Virus record (IMG/VR): IMGVR_UViG_3300031963_009342
Location: 39,273-103,272 of that record
Length of the DNA: 64,000 nt
Origin: a virus
Strand: one strand, 5' to 3'
Shown here: one piece after another, positions 40,434 to 50,043 of the stretch
Numbering within the stretch: position 1 is the stretch's first letter
Layout: every line of letters begins with the position of its first letter
Translations under genes and position numbers: made by a program
The notes under the pieces: generated by a model
Told to the model about the DNA's origin: nothing
Seen by the model: only the letters and a program-made list of their open reading frames with translations
The model's database searches: none

Positions 40434-42605
40434 TTGAACACGTATACTTTAAATATAAATAATAAAGATTATTTGGTGGGGGGGCCTGGTGATTTACTAA
40501 GCTCTCCACCGTCTGCACGGGGATTTAGTTTGGGATTGTATGAACCAGGTACAGACGAATATGTTACTATTTTTAAAGCGGTTGAAGAAAATGGTTATGG
40601 ATTTATAATATATTCAGATGAATCAAATAAACTTATATTAAAAGGACCACTGGGATCCGATCATAAAGAAACTATTTATAATCGTAACGAACAACTTAAA
40701 AATATTAGAAACGAAAAGTATTCCGATCAAAATGACTTAATTTTTTTAAGAAAAACGTGTTTGAGTGGTAGATCGTGGTTGGTTAATATTGAAGATGTAA
40801 ATTATTACTTTGTTGCTATATGGAATTCTTATATCACACAAGATCAATATGATCTCTTAATTCAATATTTGACTAAATTTCCAAAAGGTAGAACTTATAT
40901 TCAAATGGGTTTATTAGGTACGGGACCACAAAGTGAGTTTAAATTATTTAGTAATTTTGTACCAAAATTTTTTGTTAATAAGACTAAACTGTCAAAGAAA
41001 GAAAAAGATTTTGTGCAAACTGCACATCAAAGAATAATGGATTTACCACCAACTTATGCTAAAAAATTACAACAATTGAGACGTATGATAGAAAACAACA
41101 CTTACACAGACGATCATAGAGCGTATGAAAACTATAAAAAATATGCTTTAAAAATGATTGTCAAACTTGAAAATACTAAAAATATTGGCAAATCTAAAAT
41201 ACCTGTTAAAGATATAGTAACAAAAAGTTCTGTACAAACAATTTTGATTGGTATTGGGAACAAATATCCAAATATACGTAAAAAATTAGAATCTTTGATG
41301 GATTATTCGTTTACACACAGCGATTTATTAAAACTACACAATAAAGGTAGAATTGATGCAAAAATTTGGCAAGATACGTCTCTCGACGGAGTTATTGATG
41401 AAAAAACAAATAAGATAACACATGGTCAATGGATGGATAATATGTCTACAGGATTTGGAAAAAAGGATCACCCGATTAACGGCGATACAAAACATTTACA
41501 TCCACTCAAAGTAAAACTAGAAAAGTCAGATGTTGTTACGGATGAGTTGGATGAAAGTTATGATGTTAAAAAGTACTGGGTTACTCCACAAGGTAAAATT
41601 GTTGACGCGGGTAATAGTCATGAAGATTGGATTAAAAATAATGACAGACCGTTAATGGGGACCACGTTAGTTGATACTTACGAAAACGCAGTTGCAAAAG
41701 GATATGTACGTGTTATATATGACATAGGTTCTGGATTTTTAACACTTTCAAATTTACCCAATTATGATTTTTCAATGTCTAAAATAAACAGAAGTGTTAA
41801 ACAAGCCATAGAAGATTTTGTAGTAAATAAAGAAATAAGATTAGTAGCCACCGGTAAAGGAAAGTTAATAAAAGATTTTCAATTTAGTTTTGCTGAACAA
41901 TTAGAATTAGCCGAACAAATTTTGAACTCTAAAAAACTTGAAGAAGGTTGGAAAGATTGGGTTGCGGCAGGGGCAATAGGATTGGGTGCTTTAAGTGGAA
42001 GTCCAACATTGACAGCTAAACAATCTGTTAAACCGGCTATAACACAACAATCTTCAAAACTCAAATCATCCGAATCATCATTGTTGAATAAAAAAACTAG
42101 CGACTATATTGGTCAGTGGGAAGGTAAACGTAATACCATGTATTTGGATACTGAAAAGAAGCCTACGATTGGCATTGGACATTATTTGACAAATACACAA
42201 CAAGATCGTGACTTGTTCAATACATTATTTGGTAATGATGTAAATTATGATTTAATTTTAAAAGGCAAACAAAAACTTACAGACGATCAAATTGAAAAAT
42301 TATTTAATGTAGATGTAAAAGTAAAAGAAAAGTTAGCAAGTAAAAAAATCAGTAATTTTTCATCATTTCCACAATATGTTAAAAACGCAATTATTAACGC
42401 ATTTTATCGTGGGGATATGGGTCCAAAAACAATTAGATTAATGAATAACGGCGATTGGAATGCAGCCGCTAAAGAATATTTAAATCACCAAAATGCCCGT
42501 AGTGGACCAGAACAAATTCAACGTCGTATGAAGACAAATGCTTTAGCGTTTGTTCAATATGCTAAAAATAAAAACGAATACTTTGGGTTTAATTATTACT
42601 TTTAA
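40434..42605 (+). CDS. multidomain protein with C-terminal T4-type (GH24) lysozyme
   Basis: WEGKRNTMYLDTEKKPTIGIGH matches the E-x8-D-x5-T triad; WNAAAKEYL; TTG start uncertain. Confidence 0.8.
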   Translation: MNTYTLNINNKDYLVGGPGDLLSSPPSARGFSLGLYEPGTDEYVTIFKAVEENGYGFIIYSDESNKLILKGPLGSDHKETIYNRNEQLKNIRNEKYSDQNDLIFLRKTCLSGRSWLVNIEDVNYYFVAIWNSYITQDQYDLLIQYLTKFPKGRTYIQMGLLGTGPQSEFKLFSNFVPKFFVNKTKLSKKEKDFVQTAHQRIMDLPPTYAKKLQQLRRMIENNTYTDDHRAYENYKKYALKMIVKLENTKNIGKSKIPVKDIVTKSSVQTILIGIGNKYPNIRKKLESLMDYSFTHSDLLKLHNKGRIDAKIWQDTSLDGVIDEKTNKITHGQWMDNMSTGFGKKDHPINGDTKHLHPLKVKLEKSDVVTDELDESYDVKKYWVTPQGKIVDAGNSHEDWIKNNDRPLMGTTLVDTYENAVAKGYVRVIYDIGSGFLTLSNLPNYDFSMSKINRSVKQAIEDFVVNKEIRLVATGKGKLIKDFQFSFAEQLELAEQILNSKKLEEGWKDWVAAGAIGLGALSGSPTLTAKQSVKPAITQQSSKLKSSESSLLNKKTSDYIGQWEGKRNTMYLDTEKKPTIGIGHYLTNTQQDRDLFNTLFGNDVNYDLILKGKQKLTDDQIEKLFNVDVKVKEKLASKKISNFSSFPQYVKNAIINAFYRGDMGPKTIRLMNNGDWNAAAKEYLNHQNARSGPEQIQRRMKTNALAFVQYAKNKNEYFGFNYYF

Positions 42606-42607
42606 TT

Positions 42608-42946
42608 ATGGAGGAATGGCCAACAATAAACGCGGGTAACTTACAAGCTATGATGGTAATGCGTCAACAGAGTGCGCCTGCGCCTGCTAGTAATGGTTTT
42701 GATCCGTATCAAGCTATGTTGAGACGTAAACAGTCAAATATACAGGATGAAACAGGATATATTAATACTCCAACTCAAGAATACGATCCTAAAGATATTC
42801 AAGAATTAGAAGAGTTTTGTACCAAGTACGGTATTGTCGGATTTAACTTCGGTACGATGAATCCGAAATCTGCTTTAAGAATGCTTAAAGGACGTATGGG
42901 CGTTAGAGAAGAAAAGATTACTCCTAAAACTATGTTATTTGGATAA
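42608..42946 (+). CDS. hypothetical protein
   Basis: 112-aa ORF followed by a terminator. Confidence 0.65.
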   Translation: MEEWPTINAGNLQAMMVMRQQSAPAPASNGFDPYQAMLRRKQSNIQDETGYINTPTQEYDPKDIQELEEFCTKYGIVGFNFGTMNPKSALRMLKGRMGVREEKITPKTMLFG

Positions 42947-42982
42947 CAAAACCCCCCTCTGATCAGAGGGGGTTGTTTTTTT
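42945..42982. terminator. bidirectional intrinsic terminator
   Basis: CCCCCTCT-GATC-AGAGGGGG hairpin with A/T tracts on both sides, between convergent genes. Confidence 0.85.
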
Positions 42983-43247
42983 ATTTTTCTAAACTAAACT
43001 TTGGTTGTTTTAATTCGGATGGCAATAGTTCCTCCAACGGCGCCATACAGTTTACACAATATGGTATTGTAATTGGTACCAATGCGTCTTTATCTGTACC
43101 GGCCAGAATTTTACTTACTTTTCTAAATATAACTCCGTTTTGAAATACTTCGCCTTTACAATCTGTACATTGTACTGGTTGTGTATCTTTCAATCCAAAA
43201 TTAACATTTGGAGATTGATTCATTCCTTGTATTTTGTTGTTAAACAT
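42981..43247 (-). CDS. small zinc-ribbon protein
   Basis: CTDC...CVNC. Confidence 0.7.
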   Translation of the reverse strand: MFNNKIQGMNQSPNVNFGLKDTQPVQCTDCKGEVFQNGVIFRKVSKILAGTDKDALVPITIPYCVNCMAPLEELLPSELKQPKFSLEK

Positions 43248-43250
43248 AAC

Positions 43251-43340
43251 TTATATTCCTTTTCTTTTTTGATTTTTTAAATCGGTTTCCCATAGTATTG
43301 TAACACGGTATCCTAAATTTTCAAGATATTCTTTTATCTC
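43251..43340 (-). pseudogene. C-terminal remnant of a Vsr/DUF559-like endonuclease
   Basis: Start-less frame EIKEYLENLGYRVTILWETDLKNQKRKGI*. Confidence 0.55.
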
Positions 43341-43753
43341 TATAGAATATTGTGTTTTTTCATATAATCTTTTAAAGCTTCTTCAATTGCAGATTCAGCT
43401 AAAACACTACAATGAATTTTTTGTGGCATATTTGTTTTCCAATTTTCTGCACCGCCAAGTGCATCTAATACTTCATCGTTTGAAAAATTTTTTAATTCTT
43501 CAACCGTTCTTCCTTTAATTAAACTCATAGCCATATCGGCAGCGGAAATAGCTGTACCACATCCAAATATTTTCGCCTTTGCGTCTAATACTTTATGTGT
43601 ATCTGGATCTATTTTTAGTGTTATACGAAGAACATCGCCACAAGCTGCTGCCCCAACCTCCGCAATTGCGTCTGGATTTTCAATATCTCCAACATTTTGT
43701 GGATTAATAAATCTATCCATTACCTTTTCATTATATAATAGACTATCACTCAT
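43340..43753 (-). CDS. iscU: Fe-S cluster scaffold IscU/NifU-N
   Basis: NPQNVG, ACGD, FGCGTAIS, KIHCSVLAE..AL.DY. Confidence 0.93.
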   Translation of the reverse strand: MSDSLLYNEKVMDRFINPQNVGDIENPDAIAEVGAAACGDVLRITLKIDPDTHKVLDAKAKIFGCGTAISAADMAMSLIKGRTVEELKNFSNDEVLDALGGAENWKTNMPQKIHCSVLAESAIEEALKDYMKKHNIL

Positions 43754-43764
43754 ATACTGTATAA

Positions 43765-44877
43765 TTACAATCCGATTTGATTCAAATCGTGAATTACCAT
43801 CTTTTGTACAAGTTGTTCAAACGAAGTCTTCGGCGACCATTTTAGTTCGTTTCTAGCTTTTGTACTATCACCCAACAATAATTCTACCTCTGCCGGTCTG
43901 TAGAATTTTGGGTTGATTTTGACCAATACAGATGAAACGGGATCATATTTTATAGCGTCTTGTGTAGTAATACTAAATTCTGCCAGTTCAGCTTCACCGT
44001 GCCACCCACCATCAATATCTGCTGCTTTAAAAGCATACCAAACAAATTCTGCAATAGTATGTGTTTCATTACTGGATAGTACATATTCATTTGGTTTTTC
44101 TTGATTCAACATCTTCCAAATACCATCAACAAAGTCTTCGGCGTCACTCCAATCTCTTCTTGCTTTTACGTTACCAAGTTCAATAGGTTCAAATGATTTA
44201 CCTTCTAATATAGCTTTTTTGATTCTAGCTACACCCTTGGTAATTTTACGAGTAACAAATTCTTCTCCCCTGCGGGTACCTTCGTGGTTGAATAATAATC
44301 CTTGAACAGCATATAAATTATAAGATTCTCTATAGACTTTAACTAATTGTCTAGCAGCTGATTTGCTAGCACCATACGGACTGCGAGGTTTTGATGGATG
44401 ATTTTCGTCTTGTGGAGTATAAGCTACATTACCATATTCTTCACTACTTCCAGCATTGTAAAATCTACAAGTGGGTTTATGTTGACGAATCGCTTCCAAG
44501 ATGTGAATTACACTTGTGGTATTACATTCCCACGTTTGAGATGGAAAATCCCAACTACTACCTACAAATGTTTGAGCAGCTAAATTTATAAAATAGTCAG
44601 GCTTTATCGTTTCAATCACTTTATAAATACTATGCGCGTCACTTAAATCAAAATTTATTAATTTGAAACGAAGTTCGTTTTCTAAATGTTTGATGTTTTC
44701 GTGATTCTTAATACTTAGTCGTCTTGCTCCTCCTATTATAAAATAATTTGTATTTTTTAATAAAAAATCAACCATGTGACTACCATCTTGTCCCGTAACG
44801 CCGGTAATAAATACAACATTTTTATCTTTAACTAAAGTTGCAACGTCATTAATATTTAATATTTCCATAAGCTTCAT
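43765..44877 (-). CDS. gmd: GDP-mannose 4,6-dehydratase
   Basis: ITGVTGQDGS, PRSPYGASK, FNHE..RRGEEFVTRKIT, RDW, RPAEVELLLGD. Confidence 0.95.
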   Translation of the reverse strand: MKLMEILNINDVATLVKDKNVVFITGVTGQDGSHMVDFLLKNTNYFIIGGARRLSIKNHENIKHLENELRFKLINFDLSDAHSIYKVIETIKPDYFINLAAQTFVGSSWDFPSQTWECNTTSVIHILEAIRQHKPTCRFYNAGSSEEYGNVAYTPQDENHPSKPRSPYGASKSAARQLVKVYRESYNLYAVQGLLFNHEGTRRGEEFVTRKITKGVARIKKAILEGKSFEPIELGNVKARRDWSDAEDFVDGIWKMLNQEKPNEYVLSSNETHTIAEFVWYAFKAADIDGGWHGEAELAEFSITTQDAIKYDPVSSVLVKINPKFYRPAEVELLLGDSTKARNELKWSPKTSFEQLVQKMVIHDLNQIGL

Positions 44878-45347
44878 TAAAATCCTGGTTCTTCATTTTC
44901 ACCCTCTTCATCTAAATAGTCATCATCCGATTCTTGACCAATATTATATTTTTCTTTAAATTTTGTCATGTCATCGTTTGTTATTTTTAATAAGTGTAGT
45001 ACAGCTTGTATTAAAAATATAACATGTTCTTTTGTAAAATTATTTAACTTACACGTAGCTACAATTTTATTAGCAATAATTAGTATAGTTTGTTGAACTT
45101 TTGGTTGTATTATAAGTTTTTTATCAGATATATCCGAACACATACCAGGAATACTATTTTTATTAATATAACGTTCTGTTAAATTTTTGATTTCTTTATC
45201 AATTTCACGATCTATTTTCTTAGGATCTATGTTTTGTTTTTCCAATTTTTTACGTATGTTGGATATTTGAGATTGTTTTATTTTTTTAGCAATATCAAAT
45301 GAAACTAATACGTTGTATTTTGATAATAAATGTTGGTATTGATCCAT
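44877..45347 (-). CDS. hypothetical protein
   Basis: 156 aa, helical, acidic tail. Confidence 0.6.
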   Translation of the reverse strand: MDQYQHLLSKYNVLVSFDIAKKIKQSQISNIRKKLEKQNIDPKKIDREIDKEIKNLTERYINKNSIPGMCSDISDKKLIIQPKVQQTILIIANKIVATCKLNNFTKEHVIFLIQAVLHLLKITNDDMTKFKEKYNIGQESDDDYLDEEGENEEPGF

Positions 45348-45348
45348 G

Positions 45349-46092
45349 TTAAAATCTAGGTTTTAATATTTTTTTACTGTCCTGCAAAGTATCCGGATCA
45401 AAAATTTTTGGTCCTTTGCTTATATATCCTTTACCACTTGTGAAAGTACAATTATAACAAAATAATTTCATATTTTCTAATTTGTGATTATGTTTATTAC
45501 CATCTTCAAAATTGAGTAATAATGGCAATTTACCGTCTATTCTTCTTTCGTGAAATCCACACTGTTCACACTCTGACTTTTTTATACCAGATCTTATCAA
45601 CTTATCTTTCAATCTATGTATTGGAAAATCGGGATGTTTACCATCTAAAATATCATTTATTGGATATTTTCCTACATGTGGATTGCTTAAACTTCTCGGA
45701 GCTTTTGTACCTTTAACTGCTGGCCACCCTTTTGTTACGTGTATACCGTATTTTTTAGCATGTGTTTTGAATGTATTGTAACTAACCCCTAAAAGTCTAG
45801 CTGCCATTTTAGCGGACGGTGCTCTGTCAATAACTTCTTGAATTTCAAACTGAGTAATTGGTTTACTATATCTACCAAGATTGGGTCGTTTAGGATATAT
45901 CTGATCTGCAAATTGTTTTTCTAAATGAGGAATAGTTATGCCTTTAGACCGTAATTCTTTAAATTCGTCAAGTTCTTTTTTTACATCCTGACCTAAATTA
46001 TTTAGTGATATTAGTTGTTCTACTTTTGCTTTGAGTGCATCAAGTTCCTCTAACCTTTTTACAATCTGTTGTTGATCAAATATGTCGTTCAT
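45349..46092 (-). CDS. HTH plus degenerate HNH/zinc-finger protein
   Basis: AARLLGVSYNTFKTHAKKYG (HTH); CEQCG..LLLNFEDGNKHNHKLENMKLFCYNC. Confidence 0.7.
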   Translation of the reverse strand: MNDIFDQQQIVKRLEELDALKAKVEQLISLNNLGQDVKKELDEFKELRSKGITIPHLEKQFADQIYPKRPNLGRYSKPITQFEIQEVIDRAPSAKMAARLLGVSYNTFKTHAKKYGIHVTKGWPAVKGTKAPRSLSNPHVGKYPINDILDGKHPDFPIHRLKDKLIRSGIKKSECEQCGFHERRIDGKLPLLLNFEDGNKHNHKLENMKLFCYNCTFTSGKGYISKGPKIFDPDTLQDSKKILKPRF

Positions 46093-46430
46093 TAGAATTT
46101 AGATGATGATAACGGTTCCATTGCAAGATCTACTTCGGTGGATTCATAAAATTTTAAACGTAAAAATTCAGCTCTGTTATGATATCCAGCATTTAATAAT
46201 ACTTTATATGTGTTAACAATTTTTTCTTTACAGTTTTTACGTTTTAAACTTTTAACAAACATTATTGGATTAACATTGAAATCACTGTTTTGTTTTAGAT
46301 TTTTTACTTTATTTTCAATACACCGCGTACACGCTTCTATGTGTGGATCGTCAAATATTTCTTCGTTGATACTAACTGTCATAGACCAGTCTGCCGATTT
46401 TACTAAATATTTGTTATTTTGTTTAGACAT
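46092..46430 (-). CDS. hypothetical protein
   Basis: 112-aa coupled ORF. Confidence 0.6.
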   Translation of the reverse strand: MSKQNNKYLVKSADWSMTVSINEEIFDDPHIEACTRCIENKVKNLKQNSDFNVNPIMFVKSLKRKNCKEKIVNTYKVLLNAGYHNRAEFLRLKFYESTEVDLAMEPLSSSKF

Positions 46431-49047
46431 AATTCATATCTCCATCGTTAAGTAAATCTAAGTTAGCCAACTTTTGATTTACACTATTACACACTTTTTC
46501 TTCGACTGTGCCTGACACAAACACAATCTTCTGTATACTCTTACTCTTCGCACTATCACGCCAAACTCTACCCGTTGCCTGTCTCATATTGACAGCTGAG
46601 TAAGATGGACTAATCAAAGCCAAACGAGGATACTTGCCAGTAACATCGTGTAAACTTAAACCAGCACCACCGGCGGCGAGATTTATTAATATAACCCTTT
46701 GTTTATCTGCCTGAAAATCATCTATGTTTTGTTGACGAGCTTTTGCATATTTAGCTTCACCATTAACAATACACTTAGTGTTTAACCGTTGACTAAGTGC
46801 TTCAATAGTCTCTGAGAAATTTAAAAATACAACAACACTCATGTTGTTTTCTAGAGCTTCTTCTACCATTTCAACAAACAATGGTACTTTAATCATTTCC
46901 ACCGTTTGTCGTGCACGTAATATAGCTGTTAGTTCGTTACTCTTTTTATCTTTCTTTAAAAGTTTTTCAATCTTCAACAATTCAAGTTGCATTTCTTCAT
47001 ATGCTGAATTAATCTTGTCTTGATCTTCTTTTTCCATTTCATAACATTCCGCGATAATTTGACTTTCTGGGAAGTTAGGAATAGTGTCACGATTGAGACG
47101 AACACCTCTATTAACAAATATGTCATTGCTTAATTTCTTTAAAGCATCTATATTACCACGAAACTCCAGTCCGAATCTACCTCTAGTAACACCATGTGCA
47201 TATGCCCATTCGTAATATTGTTTATTATTTTTGAATAGTTGAATACATTGTCCTACAGTACGCAGTTCAAGTGGATTAGTAGCCATGGTAGCACTACAAA
47301 ACAACATCTTGTAACCTTGTTTGAGTGCTGCCATACACATTTCACTGTTTTTGGTTTTGGCATTCTTCAACTTTTGTGCTTCGTCCCATACAATAAGAGT
47401 GTTTTTTGGAATCTTCCAAACGAATTCTTTACGATGGGTATCTCTACGTTTTACATATGAAGCAAACATATTGTCTGTCTTACCTGTACGTAGAGCTTCA
47501 TAGTTGGTAATACCCACACATTTACCCCACATTTTAAAGTGGTTCTTGATAACTCTTTTCCAACTTTCTTTTACTGCTTTAGGACATACTATCATAATGT
47601 CCATATTGAGTTCTCTAGCTACAGCTGTAGCTGTATATGTATTATGAGTTATAGTAAAATCTTCTAAGAGATACCTATTGTTTCCGTCTAATGTAAATCC
47701 AAAATACTCTCCTTTTCCTCTTGGTAAAATTTTAAATCCACTAGATAATACTGATTTTTTTTGTTTTCTGTCGGTAGATTTTTTACGACTTAATAGGATA
47801 GGTAAATCATGTGCGCCTGATATTTGTATTTTATAATAAATTTCTCCGTTTACTCCAAAATTATTATTTTTAGAAATTTTATTAGATTCACTTACTTTAT
47901 ATCCAAGTGATCTAGCTAATTCAATTATATCATTTTTAAGGCGACACCATTTAGTTATTATTCCATAACATCCGTTGGTATCTTTCCATCCATCAGAATC
48001 AATAAGTCCTGCTAATAAGTGTTTTCTGACTACAATGTCGTTTATCAAGAAATCTCTAGGTATAAATTTTTCTCTGTTTATTCCAAAACCATATTTTTTA
48101 AATTCTTGCCACAAATTATTATTGCCTAATTTTTTACTTCTTAAGTAATAGGTATTACAATTATTATTAATACGATCCTTTGATTTATATATTCTGACAT
48201 TCAAATTTAAATTTTTTTCAAAATTATATAAATAATTAATGATTGGTAAATCATCACGATGTGTGGTAATGGATAATGAGTTCCACGTTCCGTCTCCAAT
48301 CCACAATCCCATAAGATATGGTTCAACATTTGTTTTTTTGTATGGATAATTTACAATTGCTCTTCGGAGAGTCCAGTTATGTCTGTTTGTTTTGTATTTA
48401 GACAAAAAATCTTTCACAGATATTTCTATCGTTTGTTTTCTAGCTTTATAATCTAAAACGAGTATATGTTCACTATTACATCCCCATGTTATTCCACCAT
48501 TGGTTGGAACGATTTCATACATTTCGTCTACGCCATTAGCTAATGATAAAACTTTTCTGGAAGTAGAATCATCTCCCATCAGTTTGTCACCCACCACAAT
48601 GTCCTCTACATTTTTGATAGAACCGTCAAACATTCTTATTTTGGTACCTCTAGAATGACATTTTCCTATGCCAACGTCACTTCCATCTACGCCAGCCCCC
48701 CACTTTTTGATCGACGATACTATCTTACTTACCGCGTCAACTTGCCAAGGACGTAATCCGTCTGGATTTTTAACTTCGTAATCCGGAAGCGATTCATCTA
48801 CTTTTTGTTTGGGTTTTTTTGGATCTTTGAATAGGGTGGGATTATCTTTGGTTTCTGTAAGAACCCATTCATTTTCTCTTTTTATTACACCATATCCTTT
48901 GCTCTTTAAAGCAAGTTTGTTTACTTTCCAGTAATTGAAGAATTGGTTTAGGTAAACGGTACCGATTATCCATTCACGTTGAAATGTTACATCGCCATTT
49001 TTTTCTACTTGAACTGGATCTGACCACTTGATATCCAAGTTAATCAT
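46423..49047 (-). CDS. SF2 (SNF2-like) helicase containing an intein
   Basis: LRPWQ, GIGK/T Walker A split by the intein, DEAQ, SAT, AGGAGLSL, QATGRVWR. Confidence 0.9.
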   Translation of the reverse strand: MINLDIKWSDPVQVEKNGDVTFQREWIIGTVYLNQFFNYWKVNKLALKSKGYGVIKRENEWVLTETKDNPTLFKDPKKPKQKVDESLPDYEVKNPDGLRPWQVDAVSKIVSSIKKWGAGVDGSDVGIGKCHSRGTKIRMFDGSIKNVEDIVVGDKLMGDDSTSRKVLSLANGVDEMYEIVPTNGGITWGCNSEHILVLDYKARKQTIEISVKDFLSKYKTNRHNWTLRRAIVNYPYKKTNVEPYLMGLWIGDGTWNSLSITTHRDDLPIINYLYNFEKNLNLNVRIYKSKDRINNNCNTYYLRSKKLGNNNLWQEFKKYGFGINREKFIPRDFLINDIVVRKHLLAGLIDSDGWKDTNGCYGIITKWCRLKNDIIELARSLGYKVSESNKISKNNNFGVNGEIYYKIQISGAHDLPILLSRKKSTDRKQKKSVLSSGFKILPRGKGEYFGFTLDGNNRYLLEDFTITHNTYTATAVARELNMDIMIVCPKAVKESWKRVIKNHFKMWGKCVGITNYEALRTGKTDNMFASYVKRRDTHRKEFVWKIPKNTLIVWDEAQKLKNAKTKNSEMCMAALKQGYKMLFCSATMATNPLELRTVGQCIQLFKNNKQYYEWAYAHGVTRGRFGLEFRGNIDALKKLSNDIFVNRGVRLNRDTIPNFPESQIIAECYEMEKEDQDKINSAYEEMQLELLKIEKLLKKDKKSNELTAILRARQTVEMIKVPLFVEMVEEALENNMSVVVFLNFSETIEALSQRLNTKCIVNGEAKYAKARQQNIDDFQADKQRVILINLAAGGAGLSLHDVTGKYPRLALISPSYSAVNMRQATGRVWRDSAKSKSIQKIVFVSGTVEEKVCNSVNQKLANLDLLNDGDMNYV
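47641..48660 (-). mobile_element. 340-aa intein with LAGLIDADG homing endonuclease
   Basis: Starts CHSRGTKIRMFDG after GK; YLMGLWIGDG and LAGLIDSDG; ends FTITHN followed by extein Thr. Confidence 0.95.
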
Positions 49048-49050
49048 ATA

Positions 49051-49350
49051 TCAATCACCCATTTCTTTACGATATTTTAGATTTCTAGCTAATTCATGAA
49101 TGTTGGTGCGTATCATTCTACCATCTTTTTTTATGGCCCCCACTTCAAAGTGATCACTCATAGTGGTTGTGAAGTTTATACCCTGTGGATCATCATATCC
49201 ATGTCCAAGAGTTTCCATCTCAAACATTAGTTCTTTACGACTTTTCTTAAGTTTTTTACGACAGAGATTTTCTAGATAACCGACTACTTCATTTGGATCG
49301 GTAAATGTGATAACTTTGTTTATGGTTGTATCTTTAATATAGTAACTCAT
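49051..49350 (-). CDS. hypothetical protein
   Basis: Likely start MSYYIKD at 49350. Confidence 0.6.
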   Translation of the reverse strand: MSYYIKDTTINKVITFTDPNEVVGYLENLCRKKLKKSRKELMFEMETLGHGYDDPQGINFTTTMSDHFEVGAIKKDGRMIRTNIHELARNLKYRKEMGD

Positions 49351-49401
49351 ATGTTTATACTTTACTATATAACTATTGTACAATCAATCACTTATAATAT
49401 T

Positions 49402-49995
49402 TTAATTTGATACCATTGGAACTTTTGAATATATGTTACGTTCTGTTTGACTACGTATAGTTTCAAAATATTGTATTATATGATTTACAACTACATCGGC
49501 AATACTTTCTAACCAATCGTCAATTTTAAATTCAGTTGTACTTACTCCGCCGTGTATAGGTTTTAAATGACCGTCATTAAATTCTTGTTTTAAAAATCGT
49601 ATTAAATCTTGTTTTAAACCTTCTTTTTGTGCTATTACAAATATCTCACTCAACGATTCTTTATAACTGACTCTGACGGGGGATTTTCCTTTACCACCAC
49701 TACCTTTTTCTCCTCTTCCAGCATCACGTTGAGCGGATTTTTTTCTCTTAACCCAATTTGCTATAGCTTTTTTGCCACCTTTTGCTCTTAATCTAGCAGC
49801 ATATTTTTTACCTAAACAAGCGCTATAACTACTACCTTGTTTAGCGTCACCACATTTACCTGCTTTTTTACCACTACTGTCATAACGATCCCACCCCCCA
49901 CCACTTGAACTGCCTACAGGTCCTTTGCCAAACCAAGCACGTAATCCGCCACGATATGCTTCTAATAAAAATTTATTGTATTGGTCCACATACAA
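49402..49995 (-). CDS. basic Gly/Lys-rich phage protein
   Basis: GLRAWFGKG..GGWDRY..GKCG module; start uncertain (TTG 49995 or GTG 49989). Confidence 0.65.
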   Translation of the reverse strand: MYVDQYNKFLLEAYRGGLRAWFGKGPVGSSSGGGWDRYDSSGKKAGKCGDAKQGSSYSACLGKKYAARLRAKGGKKAIANWVKRKKSAQRDAGRGEKGSGGKGKSPVRVSYKESLSEIFVIAQKEGLKQDLIRFLKQEFNDGHLKPIHGGVSTTEFKIDDWLESIADVVVNHIIQYFETIRSQTERNIYSKVPMVSN

Positions 49996-50006
49996 TAAAT
50001 ATAAAT

Positions 50007-50040
50007 AAAAAAAGATATAACCCGAAGATTATATCTTTTT
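50007..50040 (-). terminator. intrinsic terminator with cUUCGg loop
   Basis: Minus strand AAAAAGATATAATC-TTCG-GGTTATATCTTTTTTT right after the HNH stop. Confidence 0.8.
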
Positions 50041-50043
50041 GTG

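Noticed and set aside
43340-43365. Programmed -1 frameshift fusing IscU to the endonuclease-like tail
   Set aside because: The A-run is not a canonical slippery heptamer in the right frame, no stimulatory structure is evident, and IscU is already complete
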